A DNA stretch of 64,000 nucleotides from Octopus sinensis (taxonomy: Eukaryota): positions 9,262 to 73,261 of the forward strand of contig NW_021834475.1 in assembly GCF_006345805.1 (NCBI RefSeq), read 5' to 3'. A program made the position numbers and the translations under genes. Positions within the stretch are counted from its first letter, which is position 1. Each line of letters opens with the position of its first letter. Shown in pieces: positions 25,031 to 38,952 of the stretch. A model generated the notes under the pieces. It was not told the DNA's origin, made no database searches, and worked only from the letters and a program-made list of their open reading frames with translations.

Positions 25031-26637
25031 TCTTATTATAAAAGGCAGATTTTATCTGCCTCCCTTTGTAAGTTATAGAAATCTACAATATAGGATTTCT
25101 TCAATTACAATTTACCTAGCATTTTAAGAGTAGAATGCATCGGGTCATGCCAGGTCCAGTTTTTAAATTCAAACTCCAATTAAGCAAAATTTACAGAAAC
25201 TCACATTCTGGTGTGTATGTCAAATGCTTTTCTTAATGTGGTTTACACCACACGCACACGCACACACACAGTGTGCAACGAATAAATGAAGGTAAATAGC
25301 GACAGAGTGATTTGAGGAAGACTAAACTGAAAGTATTTAAACCACTACTCAAAAAAAAAAAACACAGCAAACAGAAACAAATAATACATAACGATTTACT
25401 CCTCACACAATTTCTTCAATTAGTGTGTACCCATGATTTTTCAGAGTACTTCAGTGGGTGATGCCATAAAAATTCTTTCAATTTTACCACCAATTAAGAC
25501 AAAATTCGAGAAAACTCAATATTTAACATATCACTCCGAAAACATGATGTACATGAGTGCGTGCGTGAGTGTTGTGTGTCATTCCTCACCACACACGCAT
25601 ACACATACATATATATGAGAGTGGCAAAACACAACGTTTCAAACAACTACATACAAACACGGTGTGTTTGTTATTAGTAAAAAAGGCGCCAAAACACAAC
25701 TCACTTATCATTCCAACACATTTGCAAAACACACGGACGGTGGAATTGCTATAACAATACAGAAAAGGTAAATTGGTTTTTATTTTACTCTGTATATATT
25801 TATTATATAATATATATAGATATATGTATATATAATTGCAGTATGAAACAGTGTTTATGTATAAACAGACGACACTATATATAGTTATTATAATAAGAGA
25901 TTAATAAATGTATGCATCCGTTTAACCCTTTCGTTTACCAAACCGCCCGAATTTACCTATTCATATTTAAATGAGAATATCAGAGCAAATCTCTTTAGTA
26001 CATTCGTGAAAACACGTATTATACTTCGTAAACACTTCAACTACAGTTTTGTACATAAATCGAAGTGTAATTTTAATTCCGTGAATTATGGGAGATTTTT
26101 TTCCGAAATTTGTTCCTATTGTGTTTTCAAAATTTGTAATTCTGACAAAAAATGGATACGAATTTCATTATATCAAGCAGCGAGTCAGAATTCGAAGGAT
26201 TTTCTACTGAAGACCTTCATAAATCTAACTCTATGACTGAAAAAAAAAAAGCATCTATATAAGAGTGAAGTTGTGTGTCTGTCTCCTACGATTTAGATTC
26301 CTAACTACTCCCACATTTGCGGTGCAGTTTAACCAAAAGCGGGTATCTTATAGTCGTGATTCATATCGAGCCCTTCTGGGTATTAGCGCGCGTCTACGAT
26401 GAGGGTCTACGATTTAAAAAAATTTACATCATATTTTCCATTTTAATGCATTTTTTTCGCTTTTTATAAGGGAAGTAACTCTCTAAAAATATCTACGATG
26501 TGTCAACGATTTAAAAAAAATTTACCTTAATTTTTTCAATTTTTAATGCATTTTTTCTATTTTTTGGCTATAACTCTCTAAAAATGCTTATATAGTTATT
26601 TCCCTTACACCCGAGCAACGCCGGGCGATACTGCTAG
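25031..26637 (+). mobile_element. Non-autonomous Helitron-like composite unit 1
   Basis: Starts TC after A, ends with the hairpin CCCGAGCAACGCCGGG then CTAG; contains a short ~390-bp Helitron module from 26254. Confidence 0.7.
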
Positions 26638-27874
26638 TATTATTATAAAAGGCAGATTTTATCTGCCTCCCTTTGTCACTTATAGAAATCTACAATATAG
26701 GATTTCTTCAATTACAATTTACCTAGCATTTTAAGAGTAGAATGCATCGGGTCATGCCAGGTCCAGTTTTTAAAATTTTAAACTCCAATTAAGCAAAATT
26801 ACAGAAAACTCACATTCCGGTGTGTATGTCAAATGCTTTCTTAGTCTGGTTTACAGCACACGCAAACGCACACACACAGTGTGCAACGAATAAAATGAAC
26901 TAATTCACTGTGTGTGTGTTGACAGTTAGACAATAGAATGCGATGGCGATGTAATATTTGTTTCTGTCTATCACGCTGATAGATACATGAGTAAAATGTA
27001 TGGCAAGCTAAGAGATAAGAGTGAGTGAAAATGTTCTTGGAAGAGAGTAAATAGCGACAGAGTGATTTGAGGAAGACTAAACGAAAGTATGAAACAGTGT
27101 TTATGTATAAACAGACGACACTTATATATAGTTATTAATAAATGTATGCATCCGTTTAACCCTTTCGTTACCAAACCGCCCGAATTACCTATTCATATTT
27201 AATGAGAATATCAGAGTAAATCTCTTTAGTACATTCGTGAAAACACGTATTATACTTCGTAAACACTTCAACTACAGTTTTGTACAAAAATCGAAGTGTA
27301 ATTTTAATTCCGTGAATTATGGGAGATTTTTTTCCGAAATTGTTCCTATTGTGTTTCAGAATTTGTAATTCTGACAAAAAATGGATACGAATTTCATTAT
27401 ATCAAGCAGCGAGTCAGAATTCGAAGGATTTTCTACTGAAGACATTCATAAATCTAACTCGATACTGAAAAAAAAAAAGCATCTTTATATAAGAGTGAAG
27501 TTGTGTGTCTGTCTCCTACGATTTAGGTTCCTAACTACTCCCACATTTGCGGTGCAGTTTAACCAAAAGCGGGTATCTTATAGTCGTGATTCATATCGAG
27601 CCCTTCTGGGTATTAGCGCGCGTCTACGATGAGTCTACGATTTTTAAAAAAATTTACCATCATATTTTTCCATTTTAATGCATTTTTCGCTTTTATATAA
27701 GGGAAGTAACTCTCTAAAAATATCTACGATGTGTGTCAACGATTTAAAAAAAAATTTACCTTAATTTTTTTTCAATTTTTAATGCATTTTTTGGCTTTTT
27801 TTGGCTATAACTCTCTAAAATGCTTATAAAGTTATTTCCCTTACAACCCGAGCAACGCCGGGCGATACTGCTAG
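26638..27874 (+). mobile_element. Helitron-like composite unit 2 (head-to-tail tandem copy with internal deletion/variation)
   Basis: Repeats attataaaaggcagattttatctgcc.. and ends cccgagcaacgccgggcgatactgCTAG. Confidence 0.7.
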
Positions 27875-27980
27875 ATATATATATATATATATTATAATAT
27901 ATATATATAGTTAATCCAAACAAGAAAGCACAAAAAAACATAGTATTATTGGACGTTCAAGAAAAAAGGAAAGAAGGAGG

Positions 27981-28015
27981 GTTTAACGTTTCGAGCTGAG
28001 CTCTTCGTCGGAAAC
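27981..28015 (-). ncRNA. Minimal hammerhead motif (family B) in element ~27910-28075
   Basis: Reverse complement reads gttt ccgacga a gagc tca gctc gaaac gtt aaac. Confidence 0.68.
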
Positions 28016-30639
28016 ATAGAAGGAAAGATCCAGAGAAGGGAAGACAGAGGAAAAAAAATCAGCAACGGTACACACGCGGAGACTATCTTCACACTATCAT
28101 AGGTTATACAAATATACATATCCTGAATGTTATACACTTTCTTTCATGTATGTATATTCTGTTCTGATGTTAATGTATCTATCCCATCATAGTGATGACT
28201 GTGTTGTTGATAAAATCTTTATTTTTATATAATTATACTTTCGTTCATTACTTTCCGTGTCATGCGCCAGAAACTTCATTTGGAAGGAGAAACATTTTAC
28301 TGACGATAATGTTTTCTCATTTTATTAAATAAACAGTATTATTTTACGGAGATGTACTTGCATAGCAAGTGATATGATCTGAGATCGTGTGCTTGAACGA
28401 AAACAATTGCAGCGTGGAAGGTGTTTGTAAGCCATTTAAGAAACGCACAAAAGCCGTTCGATTCACTTCAACATTTAAGTTTAATTTGTCAAAATATTTT
28501 CGTCGCTAAAATCCGCGACCTCTCCACTGACAAAACTCCGTACTGCATCTCAGTATTATTTTATTTAAATGCAAACCAAATCCAAAAACGAAGTATTCTT
28601 TTATTTAAATGAAATACTTAGCCCAGAAAATATACTTTTCCTTACGAGTGCAATAAGATATCGTAAAAACGGTGCGAAGTGAAACGATGTACAAACAAAT
28701 GAAACTTCAACCCCGGAAAACTGAATCAGTTGTTTTCATTAATTATGTTCCGATGTGTATTTTAATTTAAGCAACACTTATTAATGAAAATAATATATAT
28801 TGGCTCTTTTCAATTACTGGGCTTCTTCTCCTAAAACGGAAAATATTTTTGGAAGGAACAGTATGAATTGAGAAAATTGTTTATATGTAACTATGTTTAG
28901 TAGAGAAACCTACAGAATTTCCGCTGCTTTCTACTATTTATATAATTTTGTCATTACTTTCAACTGGTCCTTTCATGATCTGACGGTTTTGAGGAATGTT
29001 AATTTGCAAGTTTTCATCTACCATAATGTTTTAATTCTTATAATCCAAAGTAGATTATATATTTGGTGGATTATCGACGTTATTATTCTCATCAATGTTT
29101 CTTTTTTCTGTCAATTCACAGACATTTGTTTTTATATTTCCATTTATGCGTTCGTTTCTGCTGTTCTGGAATTTTCTGAAGTCTGGAAAACAATGAGAAA
29201 ATTTATGTTATTTTTTAAAGTAAAATCTCCCTGGCCCTTATATCTTATAAATAATCCTATAATCCCATCTGTCATCTACTGTTTTCCATACATTAAAGAT
29301 ATGAATTACCGAAGAATCATGGATGACCAACGCAATTTATATTGAAAACATTAATTACAGAAACTAATGGCGAGAATTTAATTATCAGGATTATGTCGTG
29401 AAATATTGGCAATATGGTTCAGGAAATCTTCCAGAAAAACTGGACAAGTTGAGAGAGAATATATGAGAGAATTCTTAGTTTGTTCTGTGGATGTATGTTT
29501 TACGTAGATCTATCCGTGGCAGAGTGTAGACATGGTCCTACCTATGGCAGTATTTAAAATTTTATATAGATTATCTATAGTAATATGTATTTTTCGCTAT
29601 GCCTATCTTGGCAATATGTATATTCTACATGGACGTATCCATGGCAACATGTACATTTCACAAACATCTATCAATCCATAACTTGCTTCGCTCTGTCTGT
29701 CTGTCTCTTTCTCTCGCTCCCTCTCTTCTGTCTGTCTCTCTGTCACCATCTGTGGCACTCCATCGGTTACGACAACGAACGTTCCAGTTTATTTGATCAA
29801 CGGAACAGACTACTCGGGAAATTAGCGCTCACGTGGGTGTGTAATCCACAGGCATACGTAACCCGGATGTATTTGTCAGGGAGTTTCAGTGTGACACAGA
29901 ATGTAACATGGTTAGTCCCTAAGAAATGCAGGTACAACTCACTTTTGCCCAGCAACATGAAATAAAGTGTCTTGCTCAAGATCAAAACGCGTCGCTGGGA
30001 ATTGAACCCACAACCTTAAGATCGTAGCCGAATGCCCTAACTGCTAAGCCATGCGCCAACTCTCTGTCACTTTAGGTATGTATATAGAAATGAACATTAT
30101 AATATAATAACTATATATATATATAATTATATAATATATATAATATAATATCTCAAAATAAGCAACAAGAATGACTCCGGTAATTTGTACAATTGTTTCG
30201 CACTACATCATTTTATTAAATGTTGTAAGTATTACAACAGATTTAAGATGCTGAGTACTCATCAGCCAATTATAGAGGTTTCCTTTAATACAAAAGTTTT
30301 GAAATTAAGTGGCAAATTATAGAGAAGGTAGTAGATATACAGACATTATAGAGAAGGTAGATTTAAATTTAAGAACATATAAGGTAGTGAAGTCCTTCCA
30401 CTGACTGACAAGATATGGCTCTTCCTAACTGCTATAATGTTAGAAGTAATAAAGATTTTTTAATTGTAGAAATGGAGTAAAGGAGGTTTCAGAATACCAT
30501 AAAAGGAATTCATGTTGAAGACAGCAATTGCCACTAACAAATGCCAATTACTACTATTTGATGAGAGAAACTAGGTCAGTGTCAAGTGGTCATTAATCCC
30601 AAATATATCTATCTATCTATCTATCTATCTTATATATAT

Positions 30640-30683
<44 letters not shown>

Positions 30684-31017
30684 ATATATATATAAATACC
30701 AAATATATATATATATATATATAAAATACATATATATATATATATATAATATATAGGTTATATAAAATACATATATATATATATATAGATATATGTAATG
30801 TTTTGTATACATACATAAAGATGATGACGATAGTGATGATGATGATGACATCTGTAGAGTTGTATTTATTACGATGTCTATCCTGTCCTGAAAACGATGG
30901 TATAGTCAATGGTTGTGTTGGGATAGAAGTGGTGTTTGTGATTAGACCCATAATGACTGATTGGCCCTGGTTGTGGTGGTGGTGGTGGTATGATAAAAAT
31001 GACGAGATTTCACTTAC

Positions 31018-31408
31018 TTGTATTGGTTCTACACGTTTTCTGGCGTTTTCTTTCTTTCCTTTACGTAAACACGGACAAATGACATCTCTGGCATCTTTCT
31101 TGCATATACAGTAGAATATGAAAATAAACATTCCTTGAAGGGTATTGAAGATAGCGAAGAGTAATTGAAACACTTGAGCTGCTTCGCCAAAAGCGAGGAA
31201 TGCTAAGACCCAGGACAACCCAAACAGGGAAATCAAACCAACGATACCCAAAATACGTGGTTTTCTTGTTTCGTGTTGGAAGTGTTTGTCCCTTTGCATT
31301 GAGATGAGTCGTAAGATGACGAGGAAGAACATGGTAAGGTTGAAGAGGAGGATGATGGCCACGGGAGCCAGGAAAGCGGCATAGAAAGGTCCCTTGGTTA
31401 ACCAACAG
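31018..31408 (-). CDS. aGPCR TM5-TM7 exon ([27 protein letters not shown]...[14 protein letters not shown]...VEPIQ)
   Basis: tttctag acceptor, CWL, LFGLSW and FNTLQG motifs; 391 nt to a gtaagt donor. The frame also stays open past that donor. Confidence 0.93.
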
Positions 31409-31553
31409 CTAGAAAGAGATAGAAAAGGGAATGAAGAAAGGGAATTGAATCAAATGTTTTGTACATTCACAAAAGGCATACTTATCGAATGTTTCAGTAG
31501 GAAAACACTGGAAGACATCACTATCCTTCAGAACACACGCACACACACACACA

Positions 31554-31588
<35 letters not shown>

Positions 31589-31842
31589 GCACACACACAC
31601 ACGCACACACACGCACACACACACACACACGCGCACGCACACACACACACAACACACACATGCACACATACGCACACACACGCGCGCCACACACCACGCA
31701 CACACACACACACACACCACACAACACACACCACACACACAACACATGCACACACACCACACACACACACACACAACACGCACACCACACACCACATACG
31801 CACACACACACACATACACACACACATACACACAAGCACACG

Positions 31843-31875
<33 letters not shown>

Positions 31876-32005
31876 GCACACACACACACACACACATGCA
31901 CACACACACGCACACACACACACACGCACACACACACGCCACACACACACTCACACACACACAGACACGCACACACACACACACACACGCATATATATTT
32001 GTAAA

Positions 32006-32036
<31 letters not shown>

Positions 32037-32966
32037 CATGGCTCAGTGGTCAGAGCGTCGAGCTTACGATCGTGAGGTTGTGAGCTCGAATCCCGGACCG
32101 GGCTGCGTGTTGTGTTCTTGAGCAAAGCACTTTATTTCACGTTGCTCCAGTTCACTCAGCTGTAGAAATGAGTTGCGACGTCACTGGTGCCAAGCTGTAT
32201 CGACCTTTGTCTTTCCCTTGGATAACACTGGTGGCGTGGAGAGGGGAGGCTGGTATGCATGGGCGACTGCTGGTCTTCCATAAACAACCTTGCCCGGACT
32301 TGTGTCTAGGAGGGTAACTTTCTAGGTGCAATCCCATGGTCATTCATGACCGAAGGGGGTCAATAAATAATATATATATATATATCAATTAGTTTTGCAA
32401 GAGTCTTGATGTGAAATCGTGTGTTGAAACGGATATTGTTGTCCTCCGGGATGGTCATTTTATTTATTTTGTTTTTTTTTTGGCAAATACACACACTATT
32501 ATTTTTCTTCACTAGTTTATAACTGTTAATTTAATTATTTTCACACCTGTCCATTGTCCGGAAAAATAATAAAATGACCATTGCACTCCAACGAATTTTT
32601 TCACCATCTAGGCTTTAAAAAGCCCTCAATGTTGGTTTCCTTGTCCTGTTTTTGTCCTTGTCTTGTTTTTGTCCTGTTGGCTTCCTTGTCCTGTTTTTGT
32701 CCTGTTCTTGTCACTTTTTCTCTTTTTTTTACCCCTCTGCAAAAGAATTTTAATTCATTTTGCAGGAAGGACTGCTTCGGCCGGATCGTGTTCTGCCCTT
32801 ACCTTCGAAACACGCATTGAGTCGAAACAGGGGCAGCTGATGAACGGGAATATTCCTTGTGTTTGTTTGTTGTCTCTGTTTTTTTGTTGTTAAAAAAAGT
32901 CCGTTCCCTTGTTTGTTTTTATGTTTTCGTTTCTCGTTGTGTTCTACGTTTTTGTGGCGTCCTGTA

Positions 32967-33033
<67 letters not shown>

Positions 33034-35868
33034 TATATATACATGTATATATACATAGATGTAGGTATGTACATATATGTATGTATTCATATGTTCTATT
33101 TGTTAAATTTTAAAATTGTTATTATATGACTGAGCGCCTCGCGTCGTTTCTTATCCTCCAAGTAAGTTTTTATTATATATATATATATATATTTTAAGAG
33201 ATTTTATTATATATATATATATATTTTAAGAGATTTTAGATGTTATAGAACTATTTATTAGAGATAATCGTAAATATAGAAACATTTTCTCTAGTAATAA
33301 TTTTGGAGTAGGTTATTCCACCACTAATAATGTAGGTAACATTATTTCTTCATTTAATAAATTTAAACTGAATTATTTTTATAAAAATAAATTATTTGAT
33401 AATAATAATAATAATGATAAGACTTATATTAATTGTACTTGTAGAGATAAATCTAAATGTTTATTAAATAATAATTGTGATATTAACGATGTAGTGTATA
33501 AATGTATAGTTACATTACATGATAATAACTTTAAGAATAATAATTACCCAAAAGCGGTTTATATAGGGTCTACTTCCTCAAAAATAAAATTAAGAATCGC
33601 ACAACATATGAATTCTTTTAAAAATAAAAACTTAATCAGCTCAACTGGACTTAGTAAGTACATTTGGAGACTTAAATCACAAAATATTAATTATAGTTTA
33701 ATTTGGGAAATAATTTGTAAAACTAAATCATATACTATAGGAGCGAATTGTTGTTATTTATGCTCTAATGAGTTTAAAGAAATTTTATTTTATAAGTATG
33801 ATAATTTACTTAATACAGGTGAAGAGCGCAAAATAAAATGCAGACATAGGTTACTTTACCTATATAATAAGTTTCATGATAAATAACAATAATAGTTCCC
33901 TATTAAAGGTTACTTTAGTTTAATATTAAATTTAGTTTAGAGTATTATATATCTTTAGTTATGTAGTTTAGGCTTTAATTATAGTTAGTCTTTAATTGAT
34001 ATTTCTTTGTTTTAATTAGTTCATGTTTAATGTATATTAATATATAACAGTTTATGGTACGTTAAAACTTTAATAATTTATATTAGATTTATTTTATTTT
34101 ATTTACTATTTATTTATTTCATTATGTTTTTTTATTAAGTATATTTATTATATTTGAGGAATATTATGATGGATATTGGTGATTATTTGGGATGAGTTGT
34201 TTTATGGTTTTATTTATCTGTATGGTGTGGGAGTGAATTTTGGTGTATATATTGAGGTTTATATGTATGTATAGGTATGTGTGAGTGGTGTGGGTATTAG
34301 TATATGTTGTGTGTGTGTGGTTTAAGTGTGCGTATTTGTGTGTGAATGTGTAGGTTAGGGGGATTGCTATATAGGTATGTTATAGTGTTTAGTAAAGGGA
34401 GGTTTTATCACTATATGTATTTATGAGTTTTCGTTTATCATGGTAGTTTTATTAAAGAATTTGTAGTAATTTCTGTATATTTAAGATGTTTGATATTTTA
34501 TTACATTATTCCATTCATAATTTTTAAGTAATGTCCGTTTACCACGCGAAAAGGATTTTTAATTCCATATATTCCATTCATAATTTTAAATGACGTTTTA
34601 CATAGCGCGAAGACTTTTTATACATATGTTAGGTTCCTATGGTAAACGTACTTTTGTTTGACGTTATAACGGCTAGAGTTTAATTTCACTTCATAAATTG
34701 AAACTGATTTGAAAGTATGTATATATTTTTTCTCCTTATGTTAATCTTGATACTTATGATATTCTGGTTAATTATTGAGTATTTTCTATATCGTATTATG
34801 TGTAGTAATGTTGTTTTTATTTTGAGTGTTTATGTATGTGTGAATGTGTGTGTGTGTGCGTATTTTGGTTGTGTAATTTATTTATCTGTATGAGTGTGGG
34901 TGTGAACATATTGTTGTATATATCGAGTTTATTACGTATGTATATGTATATGTGAGGGGGTATAAGTATATGTTGTGTGTGTGTGTTTTACGTATATGTA
35001 TTTGTGTGTGAATGTATATATGGAGATTGTTATATAGGTATTATTGTGTATGGTTAAAGGGAGTTTTATCATTATATGTTTATATGGGTTTCATTTATCA
35101 TGATGGTTTATTGATGATTTGGATTAAATTTACGTTGATTATATATTATTCCATTCATAATTTTTTAAAATACGTTCGATCACCACGTGTAAATAATTGT
35201 TTATTTTTCTTTTGAGTGTTTATGTATATGTGAATGTATGTGTGTGTGTGTGTGATTGTTTGCGTAATTTATTTATCTGTATAGATGTGGGTGTGAATAT
35301 ATTGGAGTATATATCGAGTTCTGTATGTATGTATATGTATGTGTGAGCGGGTATATGTATATTGTTTATGTATGTGGGTTGTATGTGTGTGTGAGGGAGT
35401 ATGAATAAGTAATGTGTTGAAGTATTTGGCTATTTTATTTATTTATCGTTGCCTAGACGTTTTTATGTGTATGTATAGGGATATATATATAGGTGTGTGA
35501 GTTAGTGTATGTATTTAGATATGGTTATATATACTTAGTTATAAGTGTATGCGTATGTGTGTATATATAGTTTATTTTTATTTTGTTTTATATTTAATTG
35601 TTGATAGGGTTTATTTTAGATTATATATTGATTATATATGGATTATATATAGGTTATATATAGATTATATATTTATATTTTTTATTATTTTAAAATTATT
35701 TTAAACTTATATTTTAATATATGATATTTTAGATCGGAAATCCACCTGAAGATTGTCATTAGACATGAAACAATTGTAGTGGCGGTTTTTTTTTACTTTT
35801 TATTAAAATTTTATGTATTGATTAAGTCTTTCCTTGTTGTGTTTGCTAAATAATGGTTTTGTCTCTAA

Positions 35869-35942
<74 letters not shown>

Positions 35943-36229
35943 CATATATGTACACACACATATCATAAAATAATCTTTTTTTTACCCCTCTGCAAAAGAA
36001 TTTTAATTCATTTTGCAGGAAGGACTGCTTCGGCCGGATCGTGTTCTGCCCTTACCTTCGAAACACGCATTGAGTCGAAACAGGGGCAGCTGATGAAGGG
36101 GAATATTCCTTGTGTTGTTTGTCTTGTACTCTGTTTTTTTCGTTGTTAAAAAAAGTCCGTTTCCTTGTTTGTTTTTATGTTTTCGTTTCTCGTTGTGTTC
36201 TACGTTATTTGTGGCGTCCTGTACTCATA

Positions 36230-36304
<75 letters not shown>

Positions 36305-36447
36305 AAATATATATATGCATGTATATATACATATAGATGTAGGTATGTACATATATGTATGTATGCATATGTTCTATTTGTTAATTTTAAAATTGTTATT
36401 ATATGACTGAGCGCCTCGCGTCGTTTCTTATCCTCCAAGCAAGTTTT

Positions 36448-36517
<70 letters not shown>

Positions 36518-37369
36518 TGTACACACACATATCATAAAAAAATCAAGCAAAATATTAGCCGTGGCGAACAGAGAAATTTCGTTGAATAAAACCTATAAAT
36601 ACTTACACTTGTTCAATTCTAACGTAATTGTTCGTGTCGTTAATTACAAGAGTAATTATGACAATCACACCTGGAACACCTGACAACGACATTTACCGAA
36701 ATGAATAAACATATGTAGATATTAGTGAGAAATCTGTAACTTTTATATCGATTGAGCTGACCAGAAAAATGTCTCGTTCAAAAGATGTCAATATTTATTT
36801 TGATGTACAAACAAGTGTCATGCTTTATCATTTACTCCTTTCGCTTCTGGAAATAAGTACGACTAGTAAATATCTTCTATTCTATCCCGGCTATGTTTCA
36901 GGGGTAAACGTAAAGAAAGAATCACTGCAAGTCTTGCACAATGGCATAAAGACAACAAAAGTTCGCTCTTTCTAATCGTTTCGAAAATTACTTGTTACGT
37001 CGGGTGAAAGTGGAAAATGAATAACTCTTAGCTTTTTTCTACTGACGCGATTAGACTAAAACTATTTGCGGGAAGATGAAAGTAATTTGGGGTTTCCCTA
37101 ATGGCCAACCCTCACAATCTCGTTCTTTATCCTCCACTTTCACCTTCATACTGTCTTTTACTCTTTTAATTGTTTCTGTCATTTGACTGCGGCCATGCTG
37201 GAACACTGCCTTTAGTCGAGCACATCGAGGCCAGGACTTATTCTTTTGTAAGCCTAGTACTTCTATCGGCCTCTTTTTGCCGAACCGCTAAGTTACGAGG
37301 ACGTAAACACACCAGCATCGGTTGTCAAACGATGTTGGGGTGGACAAACACAGATACACAAACATACAC

Positions 37370-37416
<47 letters not shown>

Positions 37417-38035
37417 CGATGGGCTTCTTTCAGTTTCCGTCTACCAAACCCACTCACAAAGCTTTGGTCGGCCCGAGACTATAGTAGAAGACACTTGCCC
37501 AAGGTGCCACACAGTAGGAATGAACCCGGAACCATGTGGTTGGTAAGCAAGCTACTTACCACACAGCCACTCCTACGCCTGTATATATGAATATTATATT
37601 TCATCCCCCTTTTATATCAACATGCTGACATCTCGTTTCAGTTACTTACCCCAGGCCACAATTGAACTCGTCAGCAGAAAATGTGACTGAAATGTTTTAA
37701 ATACAACAACCGCAGCCAGAAAAACATGAAGTGCTTCGACTGCCATCCACATCAGAGAAGTCAAAAGGAAATAGTGTAACAGAGCAGCCACGGCCTACAA
37801 TAAGAACAACAGCAACAATTACAATAATGATTTGTAACATTGAGATGTATGGCCTCAAATATATATTGTTTTGCAGGGATGGGGTATATTACAGTTCTTG
37901 ATTGATATTTTACATTATTGAACACCAAAATGAAGTTTCAATAAAGAGATGTGTTTCGATACGGAAATGAATTGCGATTGATGTATTTGCAAATCCACCA
38001 AATCATCGATGTGTAAGGACAACAACAACAACAAC

Positions 38036-38067
<32 letters not shown>

Positions 38068-38110
38068 TAATGATAATAATAATAATAATAATAATAAATG
38101 ATAATAATAA

Positions 38111-38147
<37 letters not shown>

Positions 38148-38768
38148 TGTCCTTTTGCAGTACCAGGCAGTGGCTCTCGTGGCTTCTGATCTTAAATGAT
38201 TGGAAGTGTTATCATGTACATTGTTTTGTCTTGGTATGAAAGATGGGCTACAGCAAATATTCTGCTCAATACCACAGATTTGCATGTTAGTTGTTTGACC
38301 TTAACCAGTTGAGCAACTCCCTTAGTGGCTGACGATATGTGCATCTCTGATCACGAGCAGAAGTAGTGGGGGAGCATCATAGCCATGTGTTTAGAGGGAT
38401 TCTTTGGGGTTTGAATAATTCACCTCTGGAAACATGGGTGGGTCTTTCAACATCCTTAAACAACCCTAATTCAGGGACCTTTTGAGCTGGATGGGCTACT
38501 CAACCAGAAGAAAATTCTAACTGGGCCCCACCTGCAAGGTCATGTGCTTTTTATCTTGATATGAGATCACCATGTCGCACACATATGGTTGTGATGCATG
38601 TGCCTCGTGTACCCTTATCAGACGGGTAGTCATGATGGGTATATTGGGCTTCGTATATTTAGCCCCAGTATCACTTTGGTGGCATGCACTGCTCTCTCAC
38701 TCAATAATAATAATAATAATAATAATAATGATGATAATAGTAATAATAATAATAATAATAATGATGAC

Positions 38769-38809
<41 letters not shown>

Positions 38810-38814
38810 TAATG

Positions 38815-38861
<47 letters not shown>

Positions 38862-38921
38862 TAAAAAAATAATGATAATAATAATAATAATAATGACAGT
38901 AAAAATAATAATGATAATAAT

Positions 38922-38952
<31 letters not shown>

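Noticed and set aside
32037-32100. tRNA genes here and at ~7680-7740, 9760-9825, 42108-42175
   Set aside because: A/B-box heads run straight into SINE bodies and lack a complete acceptor stem.
36050-36115. CUGAUGA and GAAAC words in the ~470-bp direct repeat (also 3670-3735, 6925-6990, 32795-32860)
   Set aside because: Order and spacing do not allow stems I-III of any hammerhead topology; only a CUGCCC/GGGCAG hairpin.
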